64,000 bases of DNA, from assembly GCA_965207065.1 (NCBI GenBank), contig OZ242260.1:2080001-2144000 (forward strand). The letters are read 5' to 3'. Every line of letters begins with the position of its first letter. The first letter of the stretch is position 1. The notes beneath the pieces were generated by a model, which saw only the letters and a list, made by a program, of their open reading frames with translations, made no database searches and was not told the DNA's origin. The translations under genes were made by a program, and so were the position numbers. Source of the stretch: a bacterium (GTDB taxonomy: Bacteria > UBA8248). Positions 52,608 to 61,844 of the stretch are shown one piece after another.

Positions 52608-53525
52608 TTAGCGGGTTTTGAGTATTTTCTTGATGAAGGGGATGACCCACTTCGCGATGTTAGGGTGTGTAAGTGATTCGAATGGGCCCTGATTTTTAAT
52701 CTTCTGCAGTTCCGCACTCCCGCCATTTTCCACGATTGCTTTCAGGAAATCCTCGGCCCCGCCGATCTTGTAGGGCCCTCCTTTGCTGTGGAGAAGCAAT
52801 ACCGCGGCCTTAACCTTATCCGCCATCCGGATGGGGGAGCGCTCTCGGTAGGCATCCTCTTTTTGAGCGGGCGTACCGCCGAGCAGCGCGCGTATTCTGC
52901 TCTTTTGTTTTTGGGATAAGAAAGCGTAGGTTTTTCCCAGGTCGTAAAATCCGTTTTCAAGAATGAGACCCGAAATCTTCGCTCTCCTCGTCGCCGCTAG
53001 GGCGGCGGTCGAAGCGCCTTGTCCGATCCCGTAGACGTAAATACCGTCTTTTCTGACACCCTCAATTGAGGTTAGATAACGGACTGCGCCCAGCGTGGCC
53101 TGCACGCTTTTGGGTCCTGCGAAATCTTCCGGCCCGGTAGATGCGCCGAAACCGGGCAGCGAGATGCTCATCAGGATGAAACCGTCATGTACGTGATCCA
53201 GCATGGCGCGTCTGAATCTTTGGGCCCGGGCGTCCGCTCCGTGGAGGAGGAGAATCGCCGGGTAGCGTTTTTCGGGAGAATGCGCTCTGTCAGGTGGCCA
53301 GACGGCATATGCCTCCACGCGGCCCCAGGAAAATTCCGTGAACCATTCGCGGATTATCTCGCCACGAGGGGTTTTCGTCTCATGGTCTGTGGCGCATCCT
53401 GCGAGCAGAAACGTTGAAACGAGGAGAAAAAAAACGCTGGGAAGGAAATTTTTCGAGATATTTTTTAAGCTCACAACCAGTCCTTTTCGCCTTGGCGCAA
53501 GTGGAGGGCCAAGGCATTCGGCCAT
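52608..53525 (-). CDS. Alpha/beta-hydrolase-fold (S9-like) lipoprotein
   Basis: Lipobox LAGC, ILLLHG, PGFG.S.G, ERSP; nucleophile elbow reads GIGQG; start uncertain. Confidence 0.75.
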   Translation of the reverse strand: MAECLGPPLAPRRKGLVVSLKNISKNFLPSVFFLLVSTFLLAGCATDHETKTPRGEIIREWFTEFSWGRVEAYAVWPPDRAHSPEKRYPAILLLHGADARAQRFRRAMLDHVHDGFILMSISLPGFGASTGPEDFAGPKSVQATLGAVRYLTSIEGVRKDGIYVYGIGQGASTAALAATRRAKISGLILENGFYDLGKTYAFLSQKQKSRIRALLGGTPAQKEDAYRERSPIRMADKVKAAVLLLHSKGGPYKIGGAEDFLKAIVENGGSAELQKIKNQGPFESLTHPNIAKWVIPFIKKILKTR

Positions 53526-53791
53526 CAGGAATGAATGAAAAACATAAATAATGGCATCTTAACACACTGAAAAAATGGAACTAGACATATCACAGTGGAA
53601 AATGGTTGCAATTTTTTTATTTTCGTATTATATTCGTCTTATTGGAGGATATAAAAATTCTCCAGACTGCAACATTTTTTTAACATAATTTTAACACAAA
53701 ATGTAGTGCGAAAATGTATGAGAGGTACTATATATAGACTAAAGAACCATTCTCCTCTAAGTAGGAGGAGAAGCTTTAAAGGAGGCCCGTC

Positions 53792-54013
53792 ATGGCGATA
53801 GAAACTCAAAGACCCGGATATAAGACACATGGGACGAGCCAGACCTCGAAGCGCATTCACCAAGCCTGCATGCGGAATCTCGCCCTCTATTTGCAAGGTC
53901 AAATCTCTTATGAGGATTGGCGAAGCCGACAAGAGGAACTCGAATCGAGACTTACGCCCGCGCCCGAACTTCCCTTCGAAACATGGGAGCCCAAAACCCC
54001 CGAGGCCGCCTGA
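53792..54013 (+). CDS. Small hypothetical protein (73 aa)
   Basis: Strong AGGAGG RBS; AT-rich promoter region upstream. Confidence 0.6.
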   Translation: MAIETQRPGYKTHGTSQTSKRIHQACMRNLALYLQGQISYEDWRSRQEELESRLTPAPELPFETWEPKTPEAA

Positions 54014-54418
54014 TTCCCACCCTCGCCTGAGCACAACGGTCCAGGCAAGCGCATAACTTCTCCCTGATGCGCTTACGCCGCTTTCTCCGCTCGGTCCTGC
54101 TGTCAGCGGGGCATCGCCCGTAGGCGGCATGAGGGATGGGGAGAATCAGGAAAACAATCTTTTACTCCCAATTGGCTTATACTTTCACGATGCCATGGAG
54201 AGAAATCCCATTTTCGTCATGCGGGTGGAATGGCGTAAATCTTTGTTTTGACAACTTGCACTTAGCCACAGCAGGTGATAGGGTTTGGTGTCTTTTCCTG
54301 CAACAGGTGTGGGAAAAAGATTTGTGGGTATGCAAGACGAATGAAGAATCCCTTCCAAGAGACGCTCCATTCATCATTACATCCCCTCAACTTAGTCTCT
54401 TTTCTTTAGAGGAAACGT

Positions 54419-54622
54419 ATGTCAACAGGTACAGTGAAGTGGTTCAACGATGCAAAAGGGTATGGTTTCATCACACCCGAAGATGGTGGTGAGGATCTGT
54501 TTGTTCATCACACGGCTATCCAGGCGGAGGGATTCAAATCCTTGAGCGAGGACGATAAGGTTACCTACGAAGTGGCCCAGGGTCCCAAAGGGCTCCAGGC
54601 GCAAAACGTCGTCAAGCTCTAA
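54419..54622 (+). CDS. Cold-shock protein (CspA family)
   Basis: GTVKWFN.AKGYGFI, LFVH..AI. Confidence 0.97.
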   Translation: MSTGTVKWFNDAKGYGFITPEDGGEDLFVHHTAIQAEGFKSLSEDDKVTYEVAQGPKGLQAQNVVKL

Positions 54623-54642
54623 CGCATTACCCGGCGTTTAAG

Positions 54643-54678
54643 AAAAGTGGTGGCCGGTTTCCGGCCACCACTTTTTTT
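54643..54678 (+). terminator. Rho-independent terminator after the csp gene
   Basis: AAAAGTGGTGGCCGG-TTT-CCGGCCACCAC-T7. Confidence 0.9.
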
Positions 54679-54751
54679 CGCCTCGGACTTTCCCATCTTC
54701 TCCCTCCCAATGTAATCTGCGCCTCAGTTTTCACAAAATGAGGATTTTCCG

Positions 54752-56791
54752 ATGAAGCGTCCCGCGCTCGAGATGAGAAGAAACATCGGCATCATCTCCC
54801 ACATCGACGCAGGAAAAACAACGACCACCGAGCGCATGCTGTTCTACTCCGGAGCCGTGCACCGGATTGGGGAGGTGGATGAGGGTTCGGCCACCATGGA
54901 CTGGATGAGCCAGGAGCGCGAACGCGGCATCACCATCACCTCAGCGGCCATCACCACAACCTGGGCGGAACATGAGATCACCATCATCGATACTCCAGGC
55001 CACGTGGATTTCACGATCGAAGTAGAAAGAAGCCTGCGCGTGCTTGATGGCGCAATCGCAATCTTCAGTGCGGTGGAAGGCGTAGAGCCGCAGAGCGAGA
55101 CCGTATGGCGGCAAGCGGATAAGTTCGGCGTGCCCAGGCTCGCCTTCATCAACAAGCTGGATCGCATGGGTGCGGATTTCGAGAGAACCGTCGAAATGAT
55201 GGTCGAAAAATTAGGCGCGCGGCCTGTGCTCATGCACTGGCCCGACGGGGAGGGTGAGGATTATACGGGCCAGGTGGAGGCGCTGAGTGGTGATTTCCTC
55301 ACCTGGGAGGGAAGAGAACTCCGTCGAAATGAACTCCCAGATACGCTCCAGGAGAAAGCACAGGAGTTGAAAGAAGCCCTTATCGAGGCGGTGGCGGATC
55401 ATGACGAGTCCGTGATGGAGGCGTATCTCGAAGGGCGCGCCGTCGACGCAGAAACGCTCAAGGCGGGCTTGCGGAGCGCCGTGCTCTCGGGCGAACTCGT
55501 GCCTGTTTTTTGCGGGTCATCCCTGAAGAACAAAGGGGTGCAGCCACTGCTGGATGCTGTGGTGGATTATTTGCCCTCCCCGGTGGATGCGCCGCCCGCG
55601 ATCGGTTTTGCTCCGGGTGAAAATGAGCCAATCACCCGTCCGCCCGCCCAAGATGCGCCTTTCTCCGCTCTGGTCTTCAAGGTTCAAATCGATGGGGGCA
55701 GGCGACTCACTTATCTGCGGGTGTACAGCGGCAGTGCCAAGGTGGGCGAGAGCCTCTGGAACCCCGCAAGGGGAGACAGCGAACGTTTCGCCCGGTTGTT
55801 CAGGATGTATTCTCACAAGCGCGAGCGTCTCGACGCCGTGGGGCCGGGAGACATCGTCGCGGCGGCGGGCATGAAGGAAGCAGCTACGGGCGATACCCTT
55901 TGTGACCGCAAAGAGCCGATTGCCTACGAGTCGATTCTCGCGCCTCAGCCCGTCATCTCGGTTGCGATCGAACCCAGGGACGCCACGGGGACCAAGAAGC
56001 TGGGCGAGACTCTGGCGAAACTCCAGGCGGAAGACCCGACGTTTCAGGTGAGAGTGGATTCCGAATCCGGCCAGACGGTGATGAGCGGCATGGGTGAGCT
56101 TCATCTGGAGGTGCTCACACGTCGGATAGACGAGGACTTCGGCGTGAACGTGCGGGTCGGCGCGCCTCGCGTAGTCTACCGCGAGACGTTAGCAAAAAAA
56201 GCCGAGGCGGACGCCACCTTCGACAGGGAATTGGCCGGCGAGCCTCAGTTCGCAAGGGTGCGCGTGGGTGTAGCCCCCAGACCCGGCGGAGGCGTCTCGT
56301 GCAAGAGTGCGGTGGACGACACGGCTGTTCCTGAAAATCTGATTGCGGCTGCGTTGGATTCGCTCCGGGCGTCTACTTCGAGCGGCGCCATGGCGGGCTA
56401 TGAGATGACCGACGTGAGCGTCACCTTGCTCGAGGCGGACTATGACGCGGAGTGCGCCACGGAGGCCGCCTTCTCCATCGCGGCGGCGAACGCATTCACC
56501 GAAGCCTGCCGCGCCGCTGGCGGAAAGCTTTTAGAACCCGTCATGTCGGTGGAAGTCGTGGCGACCGGTGAGTTTCTGGGCGGAATCATCGGCGACATCA
56601 ACGCGCGTGACGGAAAAGTCTCCGGCGTGGAAGAGCGCGGCGGTGCGTCACCTGTGAGCGTGGTGCGCGCATCCGTGCCGCTCGCCAAAGTGTTCGGTTA
56701 CGCCACCTCCCTGCGTTCCGCCACCCAGGGCCGCGCCACCTATACCATGCGCTTTTCCCACTACGCCCCCTGTGAGATGGCCGGGGTGTAG
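54752..56791 (+). CDS. fusA: Elongation factor G paralog (outside the str operon)
   Basis: HIDAGKTTTTER, RGITI, DTPGH, NKLD, GMGELHL; divergent domain IV. Confidence 0.9.
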   Translation: MKRPALEMRRNIGIISHIDAGKTTTTERMLFYSGAVHRIGEVDEGSATMDWMSQERERGITITSAAITTTWAEHEITIIDTPGHVDFTIEVERSLRVLDGAIAIFSAVEGVEPQSETVWRQADKFGVPRLAFINKLDRMGADFERTVEMMVEKLGARPVLMHWPDGEGEDYTGQVEALSGDFLTWEGRELRRNELPDTLQEKAQELKEALIEAVADHDESVMEAYLEGRAVDAETLKAGLRSAVLSGELVPVFCGSSLKNKGVQPLLDAVVDYLPSPVDAPPAIGFAPGENEPITRPPAQDAPFSALVFKVQIDGGRRLTYLRVYSGSAKVGESLWNPARGDSERFARLFRMYSHKRERLDAVGPGDIVAAAGMKEAATGDTLCDRKEPIAYESILAPQPVISVAIEPRDATGTKKLGETLAKLQAEDPTFQVRVDSESGQTVMSGMGELHLEVLTRRIDEDFGVNVRVGAPRVVYRETLAKKAEADATFDRELAGEPQFARVRVGVAPRPGGGVSCKSAVDDTAVPENLIAAALDSLRASTSSGAMAGYEMTDVSVTLLEADYDAECATEAAFSIAAANAFTEACRAAGGKLLEPVMSVEVVATGEFLGGIIGDINARDGKVSGVEERGGASPVSVVRASVPLAKVFGYATSLRSATQGRATYTMRFSHYAPCEMAGV

Positions 56792-56838
56792 ATTTTTCCT
56801 TCTGAAAGCTTCGTTTCAGGTGTAAAGGCGCATTCTGG

Positions 56839-57720
56839 ATGACCACCATCACCCTCTCGGTTCTCTTCTCGCTCTCCACGGCGCTCGTGGTCGGCTCCTT
56901 CACCCTGTTCGTGAGAAGCGGGCAGCGGCACGCGAACGCGGTGTCGGGCGTTCTCATCGGGCTTATCGTATCCATGCCGCCGCTGCTCGTTGGCGCGGTC
57001 TGGATGTGGGAGCCCGCCCACTACCAACCTTTGGGCTGGCTCTTCTTCGCACTGGCCGGTATCGCGGGGCCCGCCGTGGGCAGGGTGTGTTTCTTTCATT
57101 CGATTCATCTGATGGGCGTGGCGCGCGCGGTGCCGCTCAATTCCACCATGCCGCTTTTCTCTGCGATAGCCGGCATATATGTCCTGGGCGAGAAACCGGG
57201 GCTGTATATTCTGGCGGGTACGGTGCTCATTGTCTTGGGGTGTATGGGGATCACCGCGAGAAGAGGGGAGTCCCAGCCCATTCGGGGAGAATACCTGCTC
57301 ATCGCGCTCGGGAGCGCGGTTTTCTTCTCCATCTCGCACATGTTGCGAAAACTCGGCGTGGGCGCGTCGCCCAACCCGTTTCTGGGCATATCGATCATGA
57401 GCATCGCGGGTGGGGTGTTCCTCTATATCTCCGGGCAGTATCTGCCGCGTGGATTGAGGCCTTCTCTGATGGTGAAAAAAGCGTGGGTGACCTACAGCAT
57501 CGGCGGCTTGCTGAACACCCTTTCTGTTCTCCTGCATCTTTACGGCCTTCACTACGGAGACCTCACCATCGTGATCCCTCTCGCCGCCACCGCACCCTTG
57601 TGGGCGCTGCTGCTCACGGCCATTTTCTTGCGCAAACTCGAGCGCATCACCTGGCCGATCCTTCTGGGCACGGTAGCGGTAGTCGTAGGAGGCGCGCTCG
57701 TGGCCGGCCGTGCGCTGTAA
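56839..57720 (+). CDS. DMT/EamA-family transporter
   Basis: About 10 TMs, GVARA.PL, LGE, E.IT...LG. Confidence 0.88.
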   Translation: MTTITLSVLFSLSTALVVGSFTLFVRSGQRHANAVSGVLIGLIVSMPPLLVGAVWMWEPAHYQPLGWLFFALAGIAGPAVGRVCFFHSIHLMGVARAVPLNSTMPLFSAIAGIYVLGEKPGLYILAGTVLIVLGCMGITARRGESQPIRGEYLLIALGSAVFFSISHMLRKLGVGASPNPFLGISIMSIAGGVFLYISGQYLPRGLRPSLMVKKAWVTYSIGGLLNTLSVLLHLYGLHYGDLTIVIPLAATAPLWALLLTAIFLRKLERITWPILLGTVAVVVGGALVAGRAL

Positions 57721-57806
57721 CGAAGCAGGGTCCGCTTCTTTCTGTTATATTGGTAACGGTTCCAGATTATTCCGGAGCGTCGCCTAGCCAACTCTTGAGT
57801 GTCCAC

Positions 57807-58202
57807 ATGGGCGTTTCGCAAAAGTTTATATCGTTAGGTTTGGCATCCCTTTTTCTCCTTGTTCTGGCCGCATCCGGCAACCATCGGGTGCACCACCTGG
57901 AGCAGGAGGTTCAGACCCTCCTGGGGCATTCCGCGAATGCACATCACGCGCATGAAAATCACGAGGGGCATCATCACGGGGATCACCCAGATGATGCCGG
58001 ACAGGTACATAGCACCTGCGTACTGGCGACAGCGGGACAATGGGCGCAAGACAATAAGGCGGATGACCTGGTCCTTATCCATGCAGCGAATGAGGCGAAC
58101 CCACTGTTTCTTCAGGAAATTTTTCTTGTGCGCGATTCCTTGTTTTTCAACCTCTCTCCGCGCGCCCCGCCTATTCCTCTCCTCTCGTTCGCCAGTCTGT
58201 AA
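57807..58202 (+). CDS. His-rich exported leader protein with C-terminal RAPP motif (DUF2946/CruR/CutF-like)
   Basis: N-terminal hydrophobic signal, HSANAHHAHENHEGHHHGDH, single Cys, SPRAPP 9 residues before the stop. Confidence 0.75.
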   Translation: MGVSQKFISLGLASLFLLVLAASGNHRVHHLEQEVQTLLGHSANAHHAHENHEGHHHGDHPDDAGQVHSTCVLATAGQWAQDNKADDLVLIHAANEANPLFLQEIFLVRDSLFFNLSPRAPPIPLLSFASL

Positions 58203-58261
58203 TTTTTCGCTACAGGAAAAGAATCTGCGCCCTGCGAGGCTCCTTTTGAGGGAGGGTGGAT

Positions 58262-58687
58262 ATGAAATCCATTTTCAAGGTTTTTTGTGCTTTCGCGCTG
58301 ATCTTTATTTTTCAGGCAATGCCCGCCCAGAGTGCGGGTAAAGATGGTACTCATCAAGGGGGGAAATCCCCGGTAAAAAGCAAGGAGATGAGCGGCATCA
58401 CGCTCCAGATCGCCGGTGGGAAGATCAAAGGCAACAAAAAAGTGGTTCGCGTGAAGCAAGGCGATGAAGTCAAGCTGAATCTGATGGCCGATAAAACAAC
58501 GGAAGTCCATCTCCACGGTTACGACATCGAAAAAACCGTCTCCCCGGGCCGGGTGAACGTGATGGCGTTTCGGGCCAGAGTGGCGGGCCGGTTTCCCGTA
58601 ACGGAACACGGATCTCACTCCCACGGGAAGAAAAAAAGCGGGGGCCATGGTGAGAAGGTGCTCTTCTACCTGGAGGTGCACCCATGA
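58262..58687 (+). CDS. Periplasmic cupredoxin-like, His-rich protein
   Basis: Signal peptide, V.QGD.V.L, EVHLHGYD, GRFPV.EHGSHSH, LEV.P; no Cys in the mature part. Confidence 0.75.
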   Translation: MKSIFKVFCAFALIFIFQAMPAQSAGKDGTHQGGKSPVKSKEMSGITLQIAGGKIKGNKKVVRVKQGDEVKLNLMADKTTEVHLHGYDIEKTVSPGRVNVMAFRARVAGRFPVTEHGSHSHGKKKSGGHGEKVLFYLEVHP

Positions 58688-58700
58688 CGAGGATGATCCC

Positions 58701-60152
58701 ATGAGCTTTTTTATCCGGGGACTTTGGCTCGCAGCCGCTGTTGTTTTTCTCCCAACCATCGCGTCGGCGCATGGGTTCGGACAAAGGTATGACCTGCCCG
58801 TGCCGCTGGGTTTGTTCATGCTCGGGGCGGGTGCATCCGTGGTCCTTTCGTTTCTGGGCATGGGGCTTTTCGTGCGCAAAAAACATGATAGTGTGGACTA
58901 TCCGAGTTGTGACCTTCTCACCTCCCCCCTTTTCGCGTGGATGGGAAATCGAGTATTTCTCTCGGTCATAAGAGTGCTTTCAGTTGTTATGTTCTGCGTG
59001 ACACTGGTGGCGGGCTTCTGGGGGAGTGAAAACCCGGATAAGAATATCGTGCCGACCATGGTCTGGATCATCTGGTGGGTGGGACTGGCATATGTGTGCG
59101 CGCTGGCGGGGAATCTGTGGTCGCTGGTAAATCCATGGAGCGTCATATTTTCCTGGGCGGAGGCGCTGTACAAGAAAATCAAGCCCGGCGCTTCCCTATC
59201 GCCCGCGCAACCGTTCTCCGAACGCCCGGGCGTGTGGCCGGCTGTGGGTTTGTTCCTGTGGTTCGCTTGGGCTGAGATTGTCTGGCCGCACAACGACCTC
59301 CCCCGCAACCTCGCAGTCGCCACCCTTGGGTATTCCATCATCACATGGGCGGGTATGTACCTGTACGGTAAAGATGCGTGGCTCGAGCGCGGGGAGGCGT
59401 TTTCCATCTTATTCGGCGTGATGGGCCGATTCTCGATCACCGAGGCTCGCACGAGTGGAACCGGAAGAAGTGAATGGCGAATGAGGCCGCCGGCAGTGGG
59501 CCTTCTGAACACAGACGGCATGAGCAACTCCATGGTGGTGTTCGTGGTGTTGATGCTGGCGACGGTGAGTTTCGACGGTTTTACCGAAACGCCGCTTTGG
59601 CACCAAATTCGCGCAGGGTTATACGAGGTGGTCATCTGGATTGGGCGCGACGCTCTGCTGGTGGCGGATACCATCGCGCTCATCGCAGCTCCGGGGCTGT
59701 TCCTGGGCGTATATTACCTGTTCTGCATTCTGATGCGCGCCATGAGCGGGAGCACGCTCTCCACGGGGGAATTCGCGCGCCTGTTCGTGCTCTCGCTGGT
59801 TCCCATCGCGATTGGATACCACGTGGCGCATTATTTCTCCTTTCTCTTCATTCAGGGACAACGCATCATCCCGCTGTTGTCGGATCCCTTCGGAGTGGGC
59901 TGGAACCTGTGGGGAACCGCCTCTTATAAGATCGACATCGGGATCATCGGCGCGAAGGCGACCTGGTATGCTTCGATCGCCGCAATCGTCATCGGCCATA
60001 TATGCGCGGTTTACCTGGCGCATGTGACGGCGCTGCGCGCACTCGAGAACCGTTTCGCCGCCGTGCGCAGCCAATATCCGATGCTCGTTCTCATGGTGGG
60101 CTACACCATGGTGAGCTTGTGGATCATCGCACAACCTATTACAGGGGGCTGA
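58701..60152 (+). CDS. Polytopic membrane protein ('fenitrothion hydrolase'-annotated family), candidate metal transporter
   Basis: ASA|HGFGQRYDLPVP, WVGL, NPW, FDG, LVPIA.GY..AHY, SDPFG.GW, GH..AV..AH, MVGYT..SLW. Confidence 0.7.
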   Translation: MSFFIRGLWLAAAVVFLPTIASAHGFGQRYDLPVPLGLFMLGAGASVVLSFLGMGLFVRKKHDSVDYPSCDLLTSPLFAWMGNRVFLSVIRVLSVVMFCVTLVAGFWGSENPDKNIVPTMVWIIWWVGLAYVCALAGNLWSLVNPWSVIFSWAEALYKKIKPGASLSPAQPFSERPGVWPAVGLFLWFAWAEIVWPHNDLPRNLAVATLGYSIITWAGMYLYGKDAWLERGEAFSILFGVMGRFSITEARTSGTGRSEWRMRPPAVGLLNTDGMSNSMVVFVVLMLATVSFDGFTETPLWHQIRAGLYEVVIWIGRDALLVADTIALIAAPGLFLGVYYLFCILMRAMSGSTLSTGEFARLFVLSLVPIAIGYHVAHYFSFLFIQGQRIIPLLSDPFGVGWNLWGTASYKIDIGIIGAKATWYASIAAIVIGHICAVYLAHVTALRALENRFAAVRSQYPMLVLMVGYTMVSLWIIAQPITGG

Positions 60153-60306
60153 CGACCTGCGGGCGAACTGGCAGTAAATTTCAGAGCTCTTGCGCTGCAG
60201 TCACTCGCCTCAACATGGCTTTGTCCCCGCTCCTCTGATATGACATCACCCTTGCGCCATTTTTTATTCATAAATTCTTTCCTTTTTTTAGGCCGGGGGA
60301 TGCTCC

Positions 60307-61188
60307 ATGAACGATGCGCTGCTGGCGGCGGGGTTCGCCCTGGGTACCGCATCGATGTCCTCGGCCTTCAGCCTCATCGCCAGACGCGGGCAGCAGCATG
60401 GCACAGCCATAACGGGTGTCGTAATCGGCCTGATTGTGAATGTCCCCTGGCTGGTGGCGCTGACCATCCTCACCTGGGAGCCCGCCTATTGGAGTTCGGA
60501 GGCCTGGTTCTGGTTCTTCTTGTCGGGCATCACGGGGCCCTCGCTCGGCCGCGTGTTCATGTTCCGGGCGATACATCGACTGGGCGTCTCACGTGCGGTT
60601 CCCCTCCTGGCGGCCAATCCGCTTTTTTCAGCCGGTTTCGCCTATATCTTTCTGGGTGAGCGGCCGGGGCCTTACGTGTGGGCGGGAATTTTCCTGGTTG
60701 TTTTAGGCTGTGTGGGAATTACCTATCAGCGCAAAAGCGACGCTCCCTGGGACAGGCGCGCCATCTGGCTGCCGCTATTGTCCGTTTTGGGGTTTTCCAC
60801 GTCGAACATTTTCAGAAAAATCGGGATCGAGGTTGTTCCTTCCGCACTGCTCGGCATCACGCTCACCAGTTTTTTCGGTTTGGTGGCGCTGGTCGCGGTT
60901 TTGTGGTTTCTGCCCAAACCCCAGCGTCCCTCTCTGAAATGGGGAAAAGCCTGGCATTTCTATGGACCCTGCGGACTCATTAACACGCTGGCGTTTTTGA
61001 GTCATTTCGCTGCTTTGAAGTATGGGGATATTTCGGTCGTGTCACCGCTTTCTTCCACGGCGCCGCTTTTCGCGCTCTTTTACTCCTGGATATTTCTGCG
61101 CGATATGGAGCGTATCACGCTTCCCATATTGCTGGGGACGGTCTGCGTCGTCGCGGGAGGAGTGATCATCGCCTTGAAAGCGATGTAG
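60307..61188 (+). CDS. DMT/EamA-family transporter (paralog of 56839-57720)
   Basis: Same motif layout: RRGQQH, GI.GP.LGRV, GVSRAVPL, YGD..VV.PL..TAPL. Confidence 0.88.
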   Translation: MNDALLAAGFALGTASMSSAFSLIARRGQQHGTAITGVVIGLIVNVPWLVALTILTWEPAYWSSEAWFWFFLSGITGPSLGRVFMFRAIHRLGVSRAVPLLAANPLFSAGFAYIFLGERPGPYVWAGIFLVVLGCVGITYQRKSDAPWDRRAIWLPLLSVLGFSTSNIFRKIGIEVVPSALLGITLTSFFGLVALVAVLWFLPKPQRPSLKWGKAWHFYGPCGLINTLAFLSHFAALKYGDISVVSPLSSTAPLFALFYSWIFLRDMERITLPILLGTVCVVAGGVIIALKAM

Positions 61189-61208
61189 CGCGTCGTCTTG
61201 CTTAAGGC

Positions 61209-61754
61209 TCAACCCGTAAGAAGCGTCCTGATCGTGGGAGCTATCTCCTTCGCGCGCCCGCGGAGTTGTTCATCCGTGAGGCTGCCCACCGGATGGGGGA
61301 TATAGGCCACCGGATAGTCCGGCATGCCGCGCACCTTGGAGACCATCTCGACTGTGGGACGAAAGGGCTCGGTGCAGATGACGGCCGTGGGAACGCCTTT
61401 TTTCTCCAGCTCGATTCCATCGTGCACACTGCACGAAGAGCAGGAGCCTCAGTCACCTACTGCAGTGATGGCGAGGTCGCATTTCTCGGCCATCTCCGCG
61501 TACACCTCGGGCTTCGCAGGTCTGGTATCGTATTCTTTCGATAACTCAACAGCGATGTCGGGATCCGCGCCGTCCGCCCGCAATTCATCCAGAATGTAGC
61601 GCATGAGCTTGTCCGCGCCCACTTTAGAGTTCCAGAGCAGGCCGATGCGTTTGCCGGAGAGTGCGCCGTCGCGGCTTGTGCGGTCTTCGGTTTCGATTTC
61701 CGGTTCCACTGTCGGATCGTAAATCGGTATCGCAGTATCTATCACGGGGTTCAT
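61209..61754 (-). CDS. UGSC-family selenoprotein (in-frame UGA at 61449-61451)
   Basis: Two track ORFs joined in frame: AITAVGD-U-GSCSSCSVHDGIELEKKGVPT; SECIS-like hairpin. Confidence 0.9.
61420..61436 (-). promoter_or_regulatory. Putative bacterial SECIS element
   Basis: UCGUGCA-GUG-UGCACGA hairpin starting 12 nt after the UGA. Confidence 0.72.
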
Positions 61755-61844
61755 CGAACGCTTCCTCCTGTATGTGCATCAACGCCAGGATGTTCACTCG
61801 TTTTGTAGTCCATCAACCGATCTTCTCTTTTGATGCTTTTTTCT

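Noticed and set aside
57743-57758. Zur-like box TGTTATATTGGTAACG upstream of the His-rich leader
   Set aside because: Spacing is one base off the palindromic consensus and it is equally explained as an extended -10 (TG-n-TATATT)
57006-57806. 398-aa ORF 57006-58202 as a single protein
   Set aside because: The 5' part overlaps the EamA gene out of frame; only the part from ATG 57807 looks like a real protein
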